Sequence record: SRR31156797_3824
Direction: 5' to 3' (one strand)
DNA: 32,502 nucleotides
Each line of letters begins with the position of its first letter. The first letter of the stretch is position 1. Positions 1-10,385 of the stretch are shown here, in pieces. The translations under genes and the position numbers were made by a program. The notes under the pieces are model-generated. The model worked only from the letters and a program-made list of their open reading frames with translations. It was not told where the DNA came from and did not search any database.

Positions 1-408
1 TCAGTCGCAGGATTTTTTATTGCAATTGTTTTTTCACTCTTGGGGCAAGTGATTTTCAAGAGTGATTTATTGATGATTTGGTCCATGATCCTTTCTCTTC
101 GTTAGGCTGATAGATGAATAGTCGTGTTAGATCTTCGGTGCCCCAAGCTAAATGTCACTTAAGTACTTGATGAGGAACAGTGTTTTAGTGAAACGTCTAT
201 ATTTTAAATATTGTTATTGTCTCGAGTCGCTACTCTTACTTGATATGTAAAATCATAGAAACAATGAATGCTTTCACGCTACCTTGTATTAACAATGTAT
301 ACGTTTTAAGCGAAATCGTCTGATTTTTATGAAGTGCCTTTCATAATTAATGTTTAACAGTTTTAAAAACAGAATAAATTCTGTCTGGAATTTGTGATCT
401 GATATCTT

Positions 409-422
409 TATAATTTGCGCCC
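409..422 (+). promoter_or_regulatory. Putative sigma70 -10 box with GC-rich discriminator for the permease-gpt unit
   Basis: Perfect TATAAT at 409-414 followed by TTGCGCCC, about 55 nt upstream of the permease ATG; no convincing -35. Confidence 0.55.
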
Positions 423-430
423 AATCGATT

Positions 431-446
431 ACGCAACCGTTTACTC
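431..446. promoter_or_regulatory. Putative PurR operator
   Basis: ACGCAACCGTTTACTC matches the symmetric PurR box ACGCAAACGTTTGCGT at 12/16. It lies between the -10 box and the RBS of a purine permease that is followed by gpt. Confidence 0.7.
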
Positions 447-469
447 TTTACTTTTATTAGGACTCGATC

Positions 470-1759
470 ATGCTCGAAAGGCTATTCAAACTCGGTGAAA
501 ACGGCACAAATGTGCGCACTGAGATCATTGCAGGTGTAACTACATTCCTGACAATGGCTTACATTATTTTTGTGAACCCTGCCATTTTATCTGCAACTGG
601 TATGGATCAAGGTGCCGTATTCGTTGCTACTTGTTTAGCAGCGGCTGTTGGCTGTTTTATCATGGGTTTCGTTGCTAATTACCCAATTGCTCAAGCACCG
701 GGTATGGGGCTTAATGCATTCTTCACATATTCAGTTGTATTGGGTATGGGTTACACATGGCAAGTGGCACTAGCGGCAGTATTCTGCTCTGGCGTACTTT
801 TCATTATTTTGAGCCTATTTAAGATTCGTGAATGGATCATTAACTCAATTCCAATGTCTCTAAGAACAGGTATCTCAGCTGGTATCGGTCTTTTCCTAGC
901 ATTCATCGCGCTACAAAACGCGAAAATCGTGGTAGACAACCCAGCAACACTGGTATCTGTTGGTGACTTCACGAGTCTTTCACCCGTTTTAGCGGCAGTC
1001 AGTTTCTTCCTGACAATCGGCCTAGTTAACCGTGGCGTAAAAGGCGCGGTAATGATTGCAATTCTTCTTACTACAGGTCTAGGTCTGCTTTTTGGTGATG
1101 TTCAATGGCATGGCGTTATGTCTGCTCCACCAAGCATTGCTCCTACTTTCATGCAGCTAGATTTCTCTGGCGTATTCGAAATCGGCATGATTTCAGTGAT
1201 TTTTGCGTTCCTATTCGTAGACCTTTTCGATACTGCTGGTACGCTAGTGGGTGTTGCAACTAAAGCTAACTTGATTGGCAAAGATGGCAAGATCCCTCGC
1301 CTAAACAAAGCACTGCTTGCTGACTCTACAGCAACCTCAATTGGTGCATTACTGGGTACTTCAAACACTACTTCTTATGTTGAAAGTACAGCGGGTGTTG
1401 CTGCAGGTGGCCGTACAGGTTTAACTGCAGTTGTGGTTGGCATTTTGTTCTTACTTGCATTATTCTTCTCGCCATTAGCGGGGATGATTCCGGCGTATGC
1501 GACAGCTGGTGCTTTGTTCTACGTAGCTATTTTGATGATGTCTGGTCTGGTAAGCGTTGACTGGCGTGACCTGACAGAAGCCGCTCCTGTGGTAGTAACT
1601 TGTTTACTAATGCCTCTTACTTACTCTATCGCTGAAGGTATTGTATTAGGTTTCATCTCTTATACAGCAATCAAAGTATTGAGCGGTAAAGGTCGTGAGA
1701 TTTCAGTAAGCGTATGGTTTATGACTGCTATCTTCCTACTGAAATTGATTTTCGCATAA
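470..1759 (+). CDS. NCS2 family (AzgA/AdeP/GhxP-like) purine nucleobase permease
   Basis: 429 aa, highly hydrophobic. Motifs TTFLTMAYIIFVNP, APGMGLNAFF, FVDLFDTAGT and YVESTAGVAAGGRTGLTA are typical of AzgA-type transporters. AGGA RBS; next to gpt. Confidence 0.93.
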   Translation: MLERLFKLGENGTNVRTEIIAGVTTFLTMAYIIFVNPAILSATGMDQGAVFVATCLAAAVGCFIMGFVANYPIAQAPGMGLNAFFTYSVVLGMGYTWQVALAAVFCSGVLFIILSLFKIREWIINSIPMSLRTGISAGIGLFLAFIALQNAKIVVDNPATLVSVGDFTSLSPVLAAVSFFLTIGLVNRGVKGAVMIAILLTTGLGLLFGDVQWHGVMSAPPSIAPTFMQLDFSGVFEIGMISVIFAFLFVDLFDTAGTLVGVATKANLIGKDGKIPRLNKALLADSTATSIGALLGTSNTTSYVESTAGVAAGGRTGLTAVVVGILFLLALFFSPLAGMIPAYATAGALFYVAILMMSGLVSVDWRDLTEAAPVVVTCLLMPLTYSIAEGIVLGFISYTAIKVLSGKGREISVSVWFMTAIFLLKLIFA

Positions 1760-1820
1760 TCGTTTAATGGGCGTGGTGAAATTCACCACGCATCACATGT
1801 ATTGAATTAGGTTTATTACA

Positions 1821-2285
1821 ATGAGCAAAAAATTCGTTATCACTTGGGACAATATGCAGAACTATTGTCGTGAACTCGCTGAGCTTCAAATGCCTGCAGA
1901 ACAATGGAAAGGTATCCTAGGTGTTAGCCGCGGTGGTTTAGTACCAGCAGCTATTCTTGCTCGTGAACTGGGTATTCGCTATGTAGATACAGTATGTATT
2001 TCTAGCTATGACCATGATCACCAGCGTGATATGAAAGTACTTAAAGCACCAGAGCACGACGGAGAAGGTTTCCTTATCGTTGATGACTTAGTTGATAGCG
2101 GTGATACTGCACGTAAAATTCGTGAAATGTACCCGAAAGCTAAGTTTGTGACGGTATGTGCAAAACCAGCGGGTAAAGACTTGGTTGACGAATATGTTGT
2201 CGATATCGCGCAAGACACGTGGATTGAACAACCGTGGGATATGCAACTTTCGTTTATCGAGCCAGTAAATCGTAAGCGTAAGTAG
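1821..2285 (+). CDS. gpt: Xanthine-guanine phosphoribosyltransferase
   Basis: 154 aa; VSRGGLVP, the PRPP-binding motif [12 protein letters not shown] and the C-terminal TWIEQPWD. Confidence 0.97.
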   Translation: MSKKFVITWDNMQNYCRELAELQMPAEQWKGILGVSRGGLVPAAILARELGIRYVDTVCISSYDHDHQRDMKVLKAPEHDGEGFLIVDDLVDSGDTARKIREMYPKAKFVTVCAKPAGKDLVDEYVVDIAQDTWIEQPWDMQLSFIEPVNRKRK

Positions 2286-2306
2286 TCCTAAATATTGTAT
2301 TTGTCT

Positions 2307-2337
2307 AAAAATGACCCTTTCAAGGGTCATTTTTTTT
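2307..2337 (+). terminator. Intrinsic terminator after gpt
   Basis: AAAAATGACCCTT-TC-AAGGGTCATTTTTTTT: inverted repeat plus T-run. Confidence 0.88.
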
Positions 2338-2398
2338 ATTACTATATATCTAGTTCAATATAACTCGTTCAATATGCCCAAGAAGTGAGATTCAGCTT

Positions 2399-3649
2399 AT
2401 GTCTGAAGAAGATACCAACAAAAACTTGTCTGAGATGCTTTTTGTAAAGCGTAAACAGGCAAAAGAAACCTCAGCTTTGACACAGTATATGCCCAGCAAT
2501 ATGGCATTTTTGCAGCAGAAGAAAGAGCAAGAAGGGTACTCTTGGTATCGGAACGTACGCCGACTGCAATGGGTTTGGCAGGGCGTGAATCCTATCGAGC
2601 AAGAAGAGGTGTTGGCTCGAATCGCTTCTTCACCTCACTCACGTACCGATGATGATTGGTTAGATACCGTAATGGGGTACCACAATGGGAACTGGACATT
2701 TGAGTGGACCCGGCTCGGAATGCAACATCAGAAAACAGCCGCAGTATTAAGTGGTGATGACGCAGCAGAAGAGTTATTTAAAGCCTCATTGTGCTTCAGT
2801 ATTGCGGGCTACCCACATCTGAAGAACGACAATCTAGCCCTTCAGGCTCAGGTGTTGGCAACCAAAGCTTACACAGAGGCGGCTAAGCTGACGAGTTTCA
2901 CTGTTAAGCAGCTTGATTTTACTTATAAAAATAGGAAGTTCTCCGGTTTTCTTCATCTCGCCAGTACCGAGAAACCTCAACCAGTCGTGATTGTGAGTGC
3001 GGGCTTAGACAGTTTACAAACTGACATGTGGCGATTATTTCGTGATTACCTGGTAAAACACAATATCGCGATGCTGACCATTGATATGCCATCCATTGGT
3101 CACAGCTCTTACTGGCCGATGACAGAGGATACCTCATGCTTACATCAAGCGGTGATTGAGCAACTGGTGGATGTTCCGTGGGTCGATCATTTTTGTATCG
3201 GTTTGATTGGTTTCCGTTTTGGTGGCAATGCGATGGTCAGGCTATCTTTCCTTGAGCAAGAGCGAGTGAAAGCGTGTGTTTCAATCGGTGCGCCAATTCA
3301 TGATGTGCTCTCTTCCCCTGCAAAACTCAAAAAAATGCCGAAAATGTATTTAGATGTACTGGCAACACGACTTGGTAAAGAGGCGGTTGATATTGATAGC
3401 CTTGCGGGGCAATTACAAGCTTGGTCATTGAAAACTCAAGGCTTTTTAAGTAGCCGTCGAACTAAAGTACCCATATTGGCTTTAGGAATGGAAGGGGATC
3501 CTGTTTCTCCTCATTCAGACAATCAACTGGTGGCGCTTTTTAGTCAAGGTGGCAAAGCGAAGCAGATTAAGAGCAAGACGATTTCACAAGGATATGAGCA
3601 ATCCCTCGATTTGGCGATAAAATGGCTGGAAGAGGAACTCTGTAGGTGA
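2399..3649 (+). CDS. frsA: Fermentation/respiration switch protein FrsA (alpha/beta hydrolase fold)
   Basis: 416 aa; NLSE.LF, AKETS.L, WYR..RR..W.WQG, AGYPHLK and GFRFGGN motifs; gpt-frsA-crl-proBA synteny. Confidence 0.95.
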   Translation: MSEEDTNKNLSEMLFVKRKQAKETSALTQYMPSNMAFLQQKKEQEGYSWYRNVRRLQWVWQGVNPIEQEEVLARIASSPHSRTDDDWLDTVMGYHNGNWTFEWTRLGMQHQKTAAVLSGDDAAEELFKASLCFSIAGYPHLKNDNLALQAQVLATKAYTEAAKLTSFTVKQLDFTYKNRKFSGFLHLASTEKPQPVVIVSAGLDSLQTDMWRLFRDYLVKHNIAMLTIDMPSIGHSSYWPMTEDTSCLHQAVIEQLVDVPWVDHFCIGLIGFRFGGNAMVRLSFLEQERVKACVSIGAPIHDVLSSPAKLKKMPKMYLDVLATRLGKEAVDIDSLAGQLQAWSLKTQGFLSSRRTKVPILALGMEGDPVSPHSDNQLVALFSQGGKAKQIKSKTISQGYEQSLDLAIKWLEEELCR

Positions 3650-3705
3650 CTTTTTTCCTAAATTAGTTAAAAGTAATGTTTATATGCCTGATTTAGCATA
3701 TAAAA

Positions 3706-3724
3706 GCTAATGATAGTTATTACT
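3706..3724. promoter_or_regulatory. Putative Fur box upstream of crl
   Basis: GCTAATGATAGTTATTACT versus the consensus GATAATGATAATCATTATC: 14/19 identical, 20 nt before the crl ATG. Confidence 0.5.
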
Positions 3725-3744
3725 ATATGGAAATGGAGAATCCT

Positions 3745-4134
3745 ATGCCCGAGACGCCACAGAATCCGACTCACTATCGTTTGTTATCCGCATTAAAAGC
3801 GATAGGACCTTATTTACGAGAAGGACAATGTAAAGAAGGAAGTTACTTGTTCGACTGTTTAGCATCCTGTGTTGATGATAAGAAGTCACCGGAAAAGCGT
3901 GAGTTTTGGGGGTGGTGGATGGAGCTTGATAAAACTGAAACAGGCTTCGAAGCCAAATATCATATTGGACGTTACAACCTATCCGGTGATTGGGAAGTAA
4001 AGAGTTTACCCAAGAAGGATGTGGAAGAAGTCTGTAAAAACCAGGAAGAATTTCACAAAAAATTACAGCAGACTTTGGATGAGCGCTTTGGCTTAACGCT
4101 GTCTGTGCATAAAGAATCAGTAGAATTTGTGTGA
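3745..4134 (+). CDS. crl: Sigma factor (RpoS)-binding protein Crl
   Basis: [27 protein letters not shown] motifs. The start was moved from 3727 to the ATG at 3745, which follows a GGAG RBS (129 aa). Confidence 0.95.
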   Translation: MPETPQNPTHYRLLSALKAIGPYLREGQCKEGSYLFDCLASCVDDKKSPEKREFWGWWMELDKTETGFEAKYHIGRYNLSGDWEVKSLPKKDVEEVCKNQEEFHKKLQQTLDERFGLTLSVHKESVEFV

Positions 4135-4161
4135 TTTTAGCTAATTAAATCGATTAACTAA

Positions 4162-4187
4162 AAAAAGGTGCTATTTAGCACCTTTTT
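4162..4187 (+). terminator. Intrinsic terminator after crl (symmetric)
   Basis: AAAAAGGTGCTA-TT-TAGCACCTTTTT. Confidence 0.85.
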
Positions 4188-4263
4188 CTTCTTGTACTCC
4201 GTGCTGTTGATTGTTACAACATTCCTTACTTAACTGTTTTTCATTGAAATCGAAGAAGAAGGC

Positions 4264-5397
4264 ATGAAAGCAAATCAGCAAAGCGGAATTACAGCGCAAA
4301 CTATCGTTGTAAAATTAGGAACCAGTGTTCTGACCGGCGGCACGTTGGAGTTGGATCGTGCTCATATGGTTGAGCTCGTGCGACAATGTGCAGAACTGAA
4401 AAAACAAGGTCACTCTGTTGTGATGGTATCGTCAGGTGCAATTGCAGCAGGCAGAGAACATTTAGGTTACCCCGCACTGCCCAACGCGATGTCGAGTAAG
4501 CAATTACTGGCCGCGGTTGGACAGACCCAGTTGATTCAGGTCTGGGAGTCTTTATTTGCCATTTATGGGCTTAAGATTGGCCAAATGCTGTTAACTCGTG
4601 CCGATCTTGAAGACCGCGAGCGTTTCCTCAATGCTCGAGACACCATTAATGCTCTAGTTGAACACGATATTATTCCTATCGTTAACGAGAATGATGCGGT
4701 TGCGACCAGTGAAATCAAAGTAGGTGATAACGATAACCTTTCTGCACTGGTCGGTATTCTGTGTGGTGCGAACAAGTTGTTATTACTGACAGATCAAAAA
4801 GGCCTGTTTACCGCAGACCCACGCAAAGATCCAACGGCTGAGTTGATCAAAGAAGTCAAAACTATTGATGACACCCTGCGCAAAATCGCTGGTGGCAGCG
4901 GTACAACGCTAGGCACTGGAGGTATGGCAACTAAGCTACAGGCGGCAGATATTGCACGCCGAGCCGGTATTGAAGTCATTATCGCTGCAGGTAGGGCCGA
5001 GAATGTTATTTTCGATTCACTCAGTGAATCTCCACAAGGTACACGCTTCTTACCTTTGGAAGAATCCCTAGAAAACCGTAAACGTTGGATTCTAGCCGGA
5101 CCATCTGCTTCTGGTGATATTGTTATTGATGATGGTGCGGTAAACGCGGTTAATCAAAAAGGCAGTAGCTTATTGGCGAAAGGGGTTGTCAGTGTTCACG
5201 GGCAGTTTGCTCGTGGCGATGTGGTTCGTATTACTGATAAATCAGGCAAGCTTATTGCTCGTGGTATTGCGGCTTACTCGAATAGCGATTTAGCGAAAAT
5301 TGCTGGTCAACACAGTAAAATGATTATTGAAACCTTGGGCTATGACTACGGATCCGAAGTCATTCACCGAGATGACATGGTCGTAATACAAGAATAA
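4264..5397 (+). CDS. proB: Glutamate 5-kinase
   Basis: 377 aa; [43 protein letters not shown]-terminal PUA domain ending IHRDDMV. Confidence 0.97.
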   Translation: MKANQQSGITAQTIVVKLGTSVLTGGTLELDRAHMVELVRQCAELKKQGHSVVMVSSGAIAAGREHLGYPALPNAMSSKQLLAAVGQTQLIQVWESLFAIYGLKIGQMLLTRADLEDRERFLNARDTINALVEHDIIPIVNENDAVATSEIKVGDNDNLSALVGILCGANKLLLLTDQKGLFTADPRKDPTAELIKEVKTIDDTLRKIAGGSGTTLGTGGMATKLQAADIARRAGIEVIIAAGRAENVIFDSLSESPQGTRFLPLEESLENRKRWILAGPSASGDIVIDDGAVNAVNQKGSSLLAKGVVSVHGQFARGDVVRITDKSGKLIARGIAAYSNSDLAKIAGQHSKMIIETLGYDYGSEVIHRDDMVVIQE

Positions 5398-5445
5398 TTC
5401 TAATACCAAGTAAACTAGGGACAGGCAAGTAACGGGAGATTGAGA

Positions 5446-6696
5446 GTGGATCTTACAATTATGGGTAAAGCGGCGAAAGACGCGGCTTTCCAATTAGCAA
5501 CAGCTTCAACAGCACAAAAAAACCAAGCATTATCAATCATTGCAGATGAGCTTGAAGCCAATGCTGACATTATTTTAGCAGCGAATGCAAAAGACATCGA
5601 ACTGGGGCGTGAGGCTGGGTTAACCGAGGCTTTGCTTGACCGCTTGCTGCTCAATGAAGAGCGTTTAACGGGTATCGCGAATGATGTTCGCAACGTAATT
5701 AATCTTAATGACCCTGTGGGGAGTGAGATTGACAGCAAAGTGTTAGAAAACGGCATGTCGCTGTCTCGCCGTCGAGTGCCACTCGGTGTTGTTGGTGTGA
5801 TTTACGAAGCGCGACCAAACGTGACTATCGATATTGCTGCTTTGTGTCTAAAAACCGGAAACGCTTCGATTCTACGAGGTGGCAAAGAGACGTTTTTCTC
5901 TAACATGGAGTTAGTGAAGGTTATTCAATCTGCATTGGAAAAAGCTGAATTACCGACAGCCGCAGTTCAGTACATTGAAAAGCCTGACCGTGAGCTCGTT
6001 TCTCAGTTACTTAAACTCGATGATTACGTGGATATGATTATTCCTCGTGGTGGTGCGGGCTTACATAAAATGTGTAAAGAAAACAGCACCATTCCTGTCA
6101 TCATTGGCGGTTTTGGTATCAGTCATATTTATGTGGACCAAAGTGCAGATTTAGACAAATCAGTCGATGTTATCGAAAACGCAAAAGTTCAGCGTCCTTC
6201 AGCATGTAATGCTCTGGATACGCTGCTGGTGCATGAAGAGATTGCGCCATCTCTGTTAGATAAACTCTCTGCAAAATTGAATGGTAAAGTCAGCTTTGTG
6301 GCAGAGTCAAAAGCCAAAGCTTTGCTAGCGAAATCGGGTGACGTTAGAGATGCACAACCGGGTGACTTCGATACAGAATGGTTAAGCTATACCCTAGGCA
6401 TCAAAGTGGTAAAAGGTGTTGATGAAGCTATCGATCACATGCGTGAGCACAATGCGAGTCACTCAGATGCCATAATGACCAACGATCTGTTTAACGCAGA
6501 GAAATTCATTAACTCTGCTGGTTCTGCTGCGGTCTATGTCAATGCTTCTACTCGTTTTACCGATGGGGCTCAGTTTGGTTTAGGTGCTGAAGTTGCCGTA
6601 TCCACTCAAAAGCTGCACGCTCGTGGCCCAATGGGGCTAGAAGAACTCACCAGTTATAAGTGGGTCGGTAAAGCGAACTATCTGTCACGTGCATAA
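5446..6696 (+). CDS. proA: Gamma-glutamyl phosphate reductase
   Basis: [46 protein letters not shown]. The likely start is GTG at 5446, 7 nt after GGGAG (the ORF track starts at TTG 5440). Confidence 0.97.
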   Translation: MDLTIMGKAAKDAAFQLATASTAQKNQALSIIADELEANADIILAANAKDIELGREAGLTEALLDRLLLNEERLTGIANDVRNVINLNDPVGSEIDSKVLENGMSLSRRRVPLGVVGVIYEARPNVTIDIAALCLKTGNASILRGGKETFFSNMELVKVIQSALEKAELPTAAVQYIEKPDRELVSQLLKLDDYVDMIIPRGGAGLHKMCKENSTIPVIIGGFGISHIYVDQSADLDKSVDVIENAKVQRPSACNALDTLLVHEEIAPSLLDKLSAKLNGKVSFVAESKAKALLAKSGDVRDAQPGDFDTEWLSYTLGIKVVKGVDEAIDHMREHNASHSDAIMTNDLFNAEKFINSAGSAAVYVNASTRFTDGAQFGLGAEVAVSTQKLHARGPMGLEELTSYKWVGKANYLSRA

Positions 6697-6735
6697 CCGA
6701 GCTTTGCATCGGTGGGATATTTAATCGATTGAAAT

Positions 6736-6757
6736 GGGGCGTATAACGCCCCTTTTT
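6736..6757 (+). terminator. Intrinsic terminator after proA
   Basis: GGGGCGT-ATA-ACGCCCC followed by TTTTT. Confidence 0.85.
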
Positions 6758-6812
6758 ATTTTCTTAATATTAGTGATTCCTGTAAACTGAACAACTTACA
6801 CGTGGAGGTGGT

Positions 6813-7262
6813 ATGCATTGTCCTTTTTGTTCTGAAAACGATACAAAAGTTATCGATTCCCGTCTTGTTGCTGATGGGCATCAGGTTCGTCGTCGTCGCC
6901 AATGTCTGGCTTGTAATGAGCGTTTTACTACGTTCGAAACCGCAGAACTGGTGATGCCGAGAGTCATTAAGTCTAATGGTAACCGTGAGCCGTTTGATGA
7001 AGATAAAATGATCGGTGGTCTACAGCGAGCGTTGGAGAAACGTCCTGTTAGCGCTGATTCTATCGAGTTGGCGATCAGTACAATCAAATCAAAACTCAGA
7101 GCTACCGGTGAGCGAGAAGTGCCGAGTAAACTGATTGGTAACTTAGTGATGGACCAGCTTAAAGAGTTGGATAAAGTGGCATACATTCGCTTTGCTTCGG
7201 TTTATCGCAGTTTTGAAGATGTTCGTGAGTTTGGTGAAGAGATTGCCAAGCTAGAAGACTAA
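6813..7262 (+). CDS. nrdR: Transcriptional repressor NrdR
   Basis: 149 aa; zinc ribbon CPFC...[12 protein letters not shown] cone, [18 protein letters not shown]. Confidence 0.98.
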   Translation: MHCPFCSENDTKVIDSRLVADGHQVRRRRQCLACNERFTTFETAELVMPRVIKSNGNREPFDEDKMIGGLQRALEKRPVSADSIELAISTIKSKLRATGEREVPSKLIGNLVMDQLKELDKVAYIRFASVYRSFEDVREFGEEIAKLED

Positions 7263-7290
7263 TCGTAACCAAAACAAACGGATTGTGACT

Positions 7291-8394
7291 ATGTCGTTTA
7301 CCTCATTTGACTATCAAATGATGTCCCGAGCCATTAAGTTGGCACAAAAAGGCCGCTTTACAACCGCGCCAAACCCGAATGTAGGCTGTATTATCACTCA
7401 GCGTAACGATATTGTCGGTGAAGGTTTTCATTATCGTGCGGGTGAGCCTCATGCAGAAGTTCATGCACTGAGAATGGCCGGAGACAACTCTGTAGGTGCA
7501 ACCGCCTACGTTACTCTAGAACCTTGTTCTCACTATGGGCGCACGCCTCCCTGCGCTGAAGGTTTGATTAAGGCGGGTGTAAAAAAAGTAATTTGCGCCA
7601 TGCAGGATCCCAACCCTCAAGTCTCTGGTCGCGGTATTAACATGCTGCGAGAAGCTGGCATAGAGGTGTTGGTTGGACTACTTGAGTCAGATGCACAAGC
7701 ATTGAATCCAGCGTTCATTAAACGAATGAAAACGGGAATGCCGTTCGTTCAGTTAAAAATGGCGGCAAGTCTCGATGGACAAACCGCTCTGGCCAATGGG
7801 CAAAGTCAATGGATCACCTCTGCTGAAGCTCGTAAAAACGTTCAGGCGTATCGAGCGCAAGCTGGTGCGATTCTTTCTACCAGTCAAACCGTGTTGGATG
7901 ACAATGCATCATTGACGGTAAGATGGAATGAGCTTTCTGACAGTGTGCAGAAACAGTATCCCGAATCGGAACTGCGTCAACCTATTCGTGTTATCCTCGA
8001 TCGACAAAATAAACTGCACTCTGAATTAGCCTTGTTTGCTAATAATGGGCCTGTACTTCGAGTCAGTGATGATAATGCTGATGTTCAGGTTGAGTTGAAC
8101 TCGAACAATCAGTTAGATTTACGCCATACTTTGACCACTTTAGCCACGGTGCATAACATCAACCATATTTGGGTTGAGGCTGGAGCAACGCTGGCTAAAT
8201 CATTATTGGAAGAACAGTTAGTTGATGAGCTGATTCTATACTTAGCACCTAAACTAATGGGAAGCGATGGTCGTGGGCTATTTGGTGCCTTAGGGCTGAC
8301 TAACATGGGTCAAGTACCTGAACTCGATATTCAAGACTGCCGGATGGTCGGTTCCGATATTCGAATAGTCGCGGTGCCTAAAGCGACAAATTAA
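7291..8394 (+). CDS. ribD: Bifunctional riboflavin biosynthesis deaminase/reductase RibD
   Basis: PNPNVGC, HAEVHAL, TLEPCSHYGRTPPC (zinc deaminase) and ASLDG...SQWIT (reductase). ATG 7291 preferred over GTG 7285. Confidence 0.97.
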   Translation: MSFTSFDYQMMSRAIKLAQKGRFTTAPNPNVGCIITQRNDIVGEGFHYRAGEPHAEVHALRMAGDNSVGATAYVTLEPCSHYGRTPPCAEGLIKAGVKKVICAMQDPNPQVSGRGINMLREAGIEVLVGLLESDAQALNPAFIKRMKTGMPFVQLKMAASLDGQTALANGQSQWITSAEARKNVQAYRAQAGAILSTSQTVLDDNASLTVRWNELSDSVQKQYPESELRQPIRVILDRQNKLHSELALFANNGPVLRVSDDNADVQVELNSNNQLDLRHTLTTLATVHNINHIWVEAGATLAKSLLEEQLVDELILYLAPKLMGSDGRGLFGALGLTNMGQVPELDIQDCRMVGSDIRIVAVPKATN

Positions 8395-8411
8395 CAAAAG
8401 ATTTAACCACT

Positions 8412-9068
8412 ATGTTTACTGGAATTGTCGAAGCGGTCGGCCAACTTACCGCTATTACGCCAAAAGGTGAAGATGTTACTATTACTGTCAATGTCGGCAA
8501 GCTAGACATGTCTGACGTAAAACTCGGTGATAGCATTGCAACCAATGGTGTTTGTTTAACAGTTGTCGACTTTAACGATACGAGTTATAGCGCAGACTTA
8601 TCGTTAGAAACTTTAAACAAGTCGAGTTTTGCAGGCTGTAAAGCTGGCGATAAAGTCAATTTAGAAAAAGCGATGCTTCCTACCACTCGTTTTGGCGGAC
8701 ATATAGTGTCTGGGCATGTTGATGGTGTTGGGGAAATCGTTGAACGAAATATTGTCGGCAGGGCGATTGAATTTTGGGTTGCCTTACCACCAGAATTGAA
8801 CAAATACGTTGCTGAAAAGGGTTCTATCACTGTTGATGGTATCAGTCTGACAGTGAATGATTTACGTAAGAACGCTTTCAAGCTCACTATCGTGCCACAT
8901 ACGACACAAGAAACGACTATTGACGCTTTCCAAGTCGGTAGAAAAGTAAACTTAGAAGTCGATGTTCTAGCGCGTTACTTAGAACGCTTACTCCAAGGCA
9001 GACAAGACAACTCGTCTAATCAATCAAGTCTGACTATGGAATTTTTACAACAGAACGGATTTGCTTAA
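8412..9068 (+). CDS. ribE: Riboflavin synthase (alpha chain; called ribC in E. coli)
   Basis: N-terminal MFTGIV, GDSIATNGVCLTV, GGHIVSGHVD, KGSITVDGISLTV, VNLEVD. Confidence 0.97.
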   Translation: MFTGIVEAVGQLTAITPKGEDVTITVNVGKLDMSDVKLGDSIATNGVCLTVVDFNDTSYSADLSLETLNKSSFAGCKAGDKVNLEKAMLPTTRFGGHIVSGHVDGVGEIVERNIVGRAIEFWVALPPELNKYVAEKGSITVDGISLTVNDLRKNAFKLTIVPHTTQETTIDAFQVGRKVNLEVDVLARYLERLLQGRQDNSSNQSSLTMEFLQQNGFA

Positions 9069-9122
9069 CGTTGATTTTCCTTTTTAGAAGACACGTTAAC
9101 GGCTCACAATAGGATAAGAACA

Positions 9123-10232
9123 ATGCCAATTAGTACGCCACAAGAAATTATTGAAGATATCCGCCTTGGTAAAATGGTTATCCTAATGGATGACGAAGAC
9201 CGTGAAAACGAAGGTGACTTAATTGTTGCTGCGGAACACATCAGTCCAGAAATCATCAACTTTATGGCGACTCATGGTCGTGGCTTGATTTGTCTCACCA
9301 TGACAAAAGAGCGTTGCGAGACGTTAGGCTTGCCACCAATGGTTCAAGATAACAATGCTCAATACAGCACCGCGTTTACGGTTTCTATTGAAGCTGCTGA
9401 AGGTGTTACGACGGGTATCTCTGCGGCTGACCGTTCTCGCACTGTAGAAGCGGCAGTAGCTAAAGATGCGAAAGCGTCTGATCTTGTTCAGCCTGGCCAC
9501 ATCTTCCCGTTAACGGCTCAAGATGGTGGTGTTCTCACTCGTGCTGGTCACACCGAAGCGGGTTGTGATTTAGCACGTTTGGCAGGTCTTGAACCGGCTT
9601 CAGTGATCGTCGAAATTCTAAAAGAAGATGGCAACATGGCTCGTCGTCCTGATTTAGAAATCTTTGCCGAGCAGCATGGTATTAAACTCGGCACGATTGC
9701 TGATTTGATTGAATACCGCAATAACACCGAAACAACCATCGAGCGTGTCGCTAAATGTAGCTTACCGACAGAGTTTGGTGATTTTGAGTTAATTACATAT
9801 CGTGATGTTATTGATGATCAAATCCACTTTGCGATGAAAAAAGGTGATGTGACGGAAGGTGCTCCGTTGGTGCGTGTTCACCTGCAAGATACTTTTACCG
9901 ATTTGCTCCACAGTAACCGTAACTCAAACCGTAGCTGGACGTTGCAAAGTGCAATGGAACGCATTGGTCAAGACGGTGGCGTGTTAGTGATTCTAGGTAA
10001 TGAAGAGTCGACCGATCTGCTTTTACACCGCATTAAAGTGTTTGAGCAACAAGATGAGGGCCAGGCTCCAGCCATGGCTAAGAAGCAAGGAACATCGCGC
10101 CGTGTTGGTGTGGGTTCTCAAATATTGGCTGATCTCGGTGTTAGCGATATGCGTTTGCTTTCGTCTGCAGATAAGAAGTATCACGCGCTAGGCGGCTTCG
10201 GATTGAATGTCGTTGAGTACGTGTGCGAATAA
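9123..10232 (+). CDS. ribBA: DHBP synthase fused to a degenerate GTP cyclohydrolase II-like domain (RibBA/RibBX type)
   Basis: 369 aa. The RibB half is intact ([40 protein letters not shown]). The C-terminal RibA-like half reads [19 protein letters not shown] and lacks the Cys ligands. Confidence 0.93.
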   Translation: MPISTPQEIIEDIRLGKMVILMDDEDRENEGDLIVAAEHISPEIINFMATHGRGLICLTMTKERCETLGLPPMVQDNNAQYSTAFTVSIEAAEGVTTGISAADRSRTVEAAVAKDAKASDLVQPGHIFPLTAQDGGVLTRAGHTEAGCDLARLAGLEPASVIVEILKEDGNMARRPDLEIFAEQHGIKLGTIADLIEYRNNTETTIERVAKCSLPTEFGDFELITYRDVIDDQIHFAMKKGDVTEGAPLVRVHLQDTFTDLLHSNRNSNRSWTLQSAMERIGQDGGVLVILGNEESTDLLLHRIKVFEQQDEGQAPAMAKKQGTSRRVGVGSQILADLGVSDMRLLSSADKKYHALGGFGLNVVEYVCE

Positions 10233-10284
10233 TTTGTCACAATCAGGCTCGTCGCACGGAGTAAGAGCGGTATTACGGGCCATG

Positions 10285-10304
10285 TTTGAAGTTACTTGAG
10301 TATA
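10285..10304 (-). repeat. End motif of an ERIC/MITE-like intergenic repeat (relic 1)
   Basis: The reverse complement TATACTCAAGTAACTTCAAA matches 13510-13529 at 18/20 and 32427-32439 at 13/13. Confidence 0.6.
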
Positions 10305-10385
10305 AGAATTAAAAATTAAGTCAGTGAACCTCGGCGAGTTTGAGTCAATAGAGCCAATTTCTATTAGATATAGCTCACAAACTTG

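Noticed and set aside
1..20. Terminator of the upstream gene (CAGTCGCAGGATTTTTT)
   Set aside because: It looks like a 3' arm plus T-run, but the 5' arm would be outside the window, so it cannot be confirmed.
4192..4220. proBA promoter TTGTAC-N17-TACAAC
   Set aside because: The spacing is right but the near-invariant final T of the -10 is missing; too weak to list.
5402..5416. AATACCAAGTAAACT between proB and proA, and similar weak words near 46-61 and 154-165, as further repeat relics
   Set aside because: They need gaps or several mismatches and cannot be told from AT-rich background by eye.
6697..6812. tRNA gene or integration site after proA, as in enterobacteria
   Set aside because: The gap is 116 nt with a terminator and RBS; there is no cloverleaf or T-loop motif.
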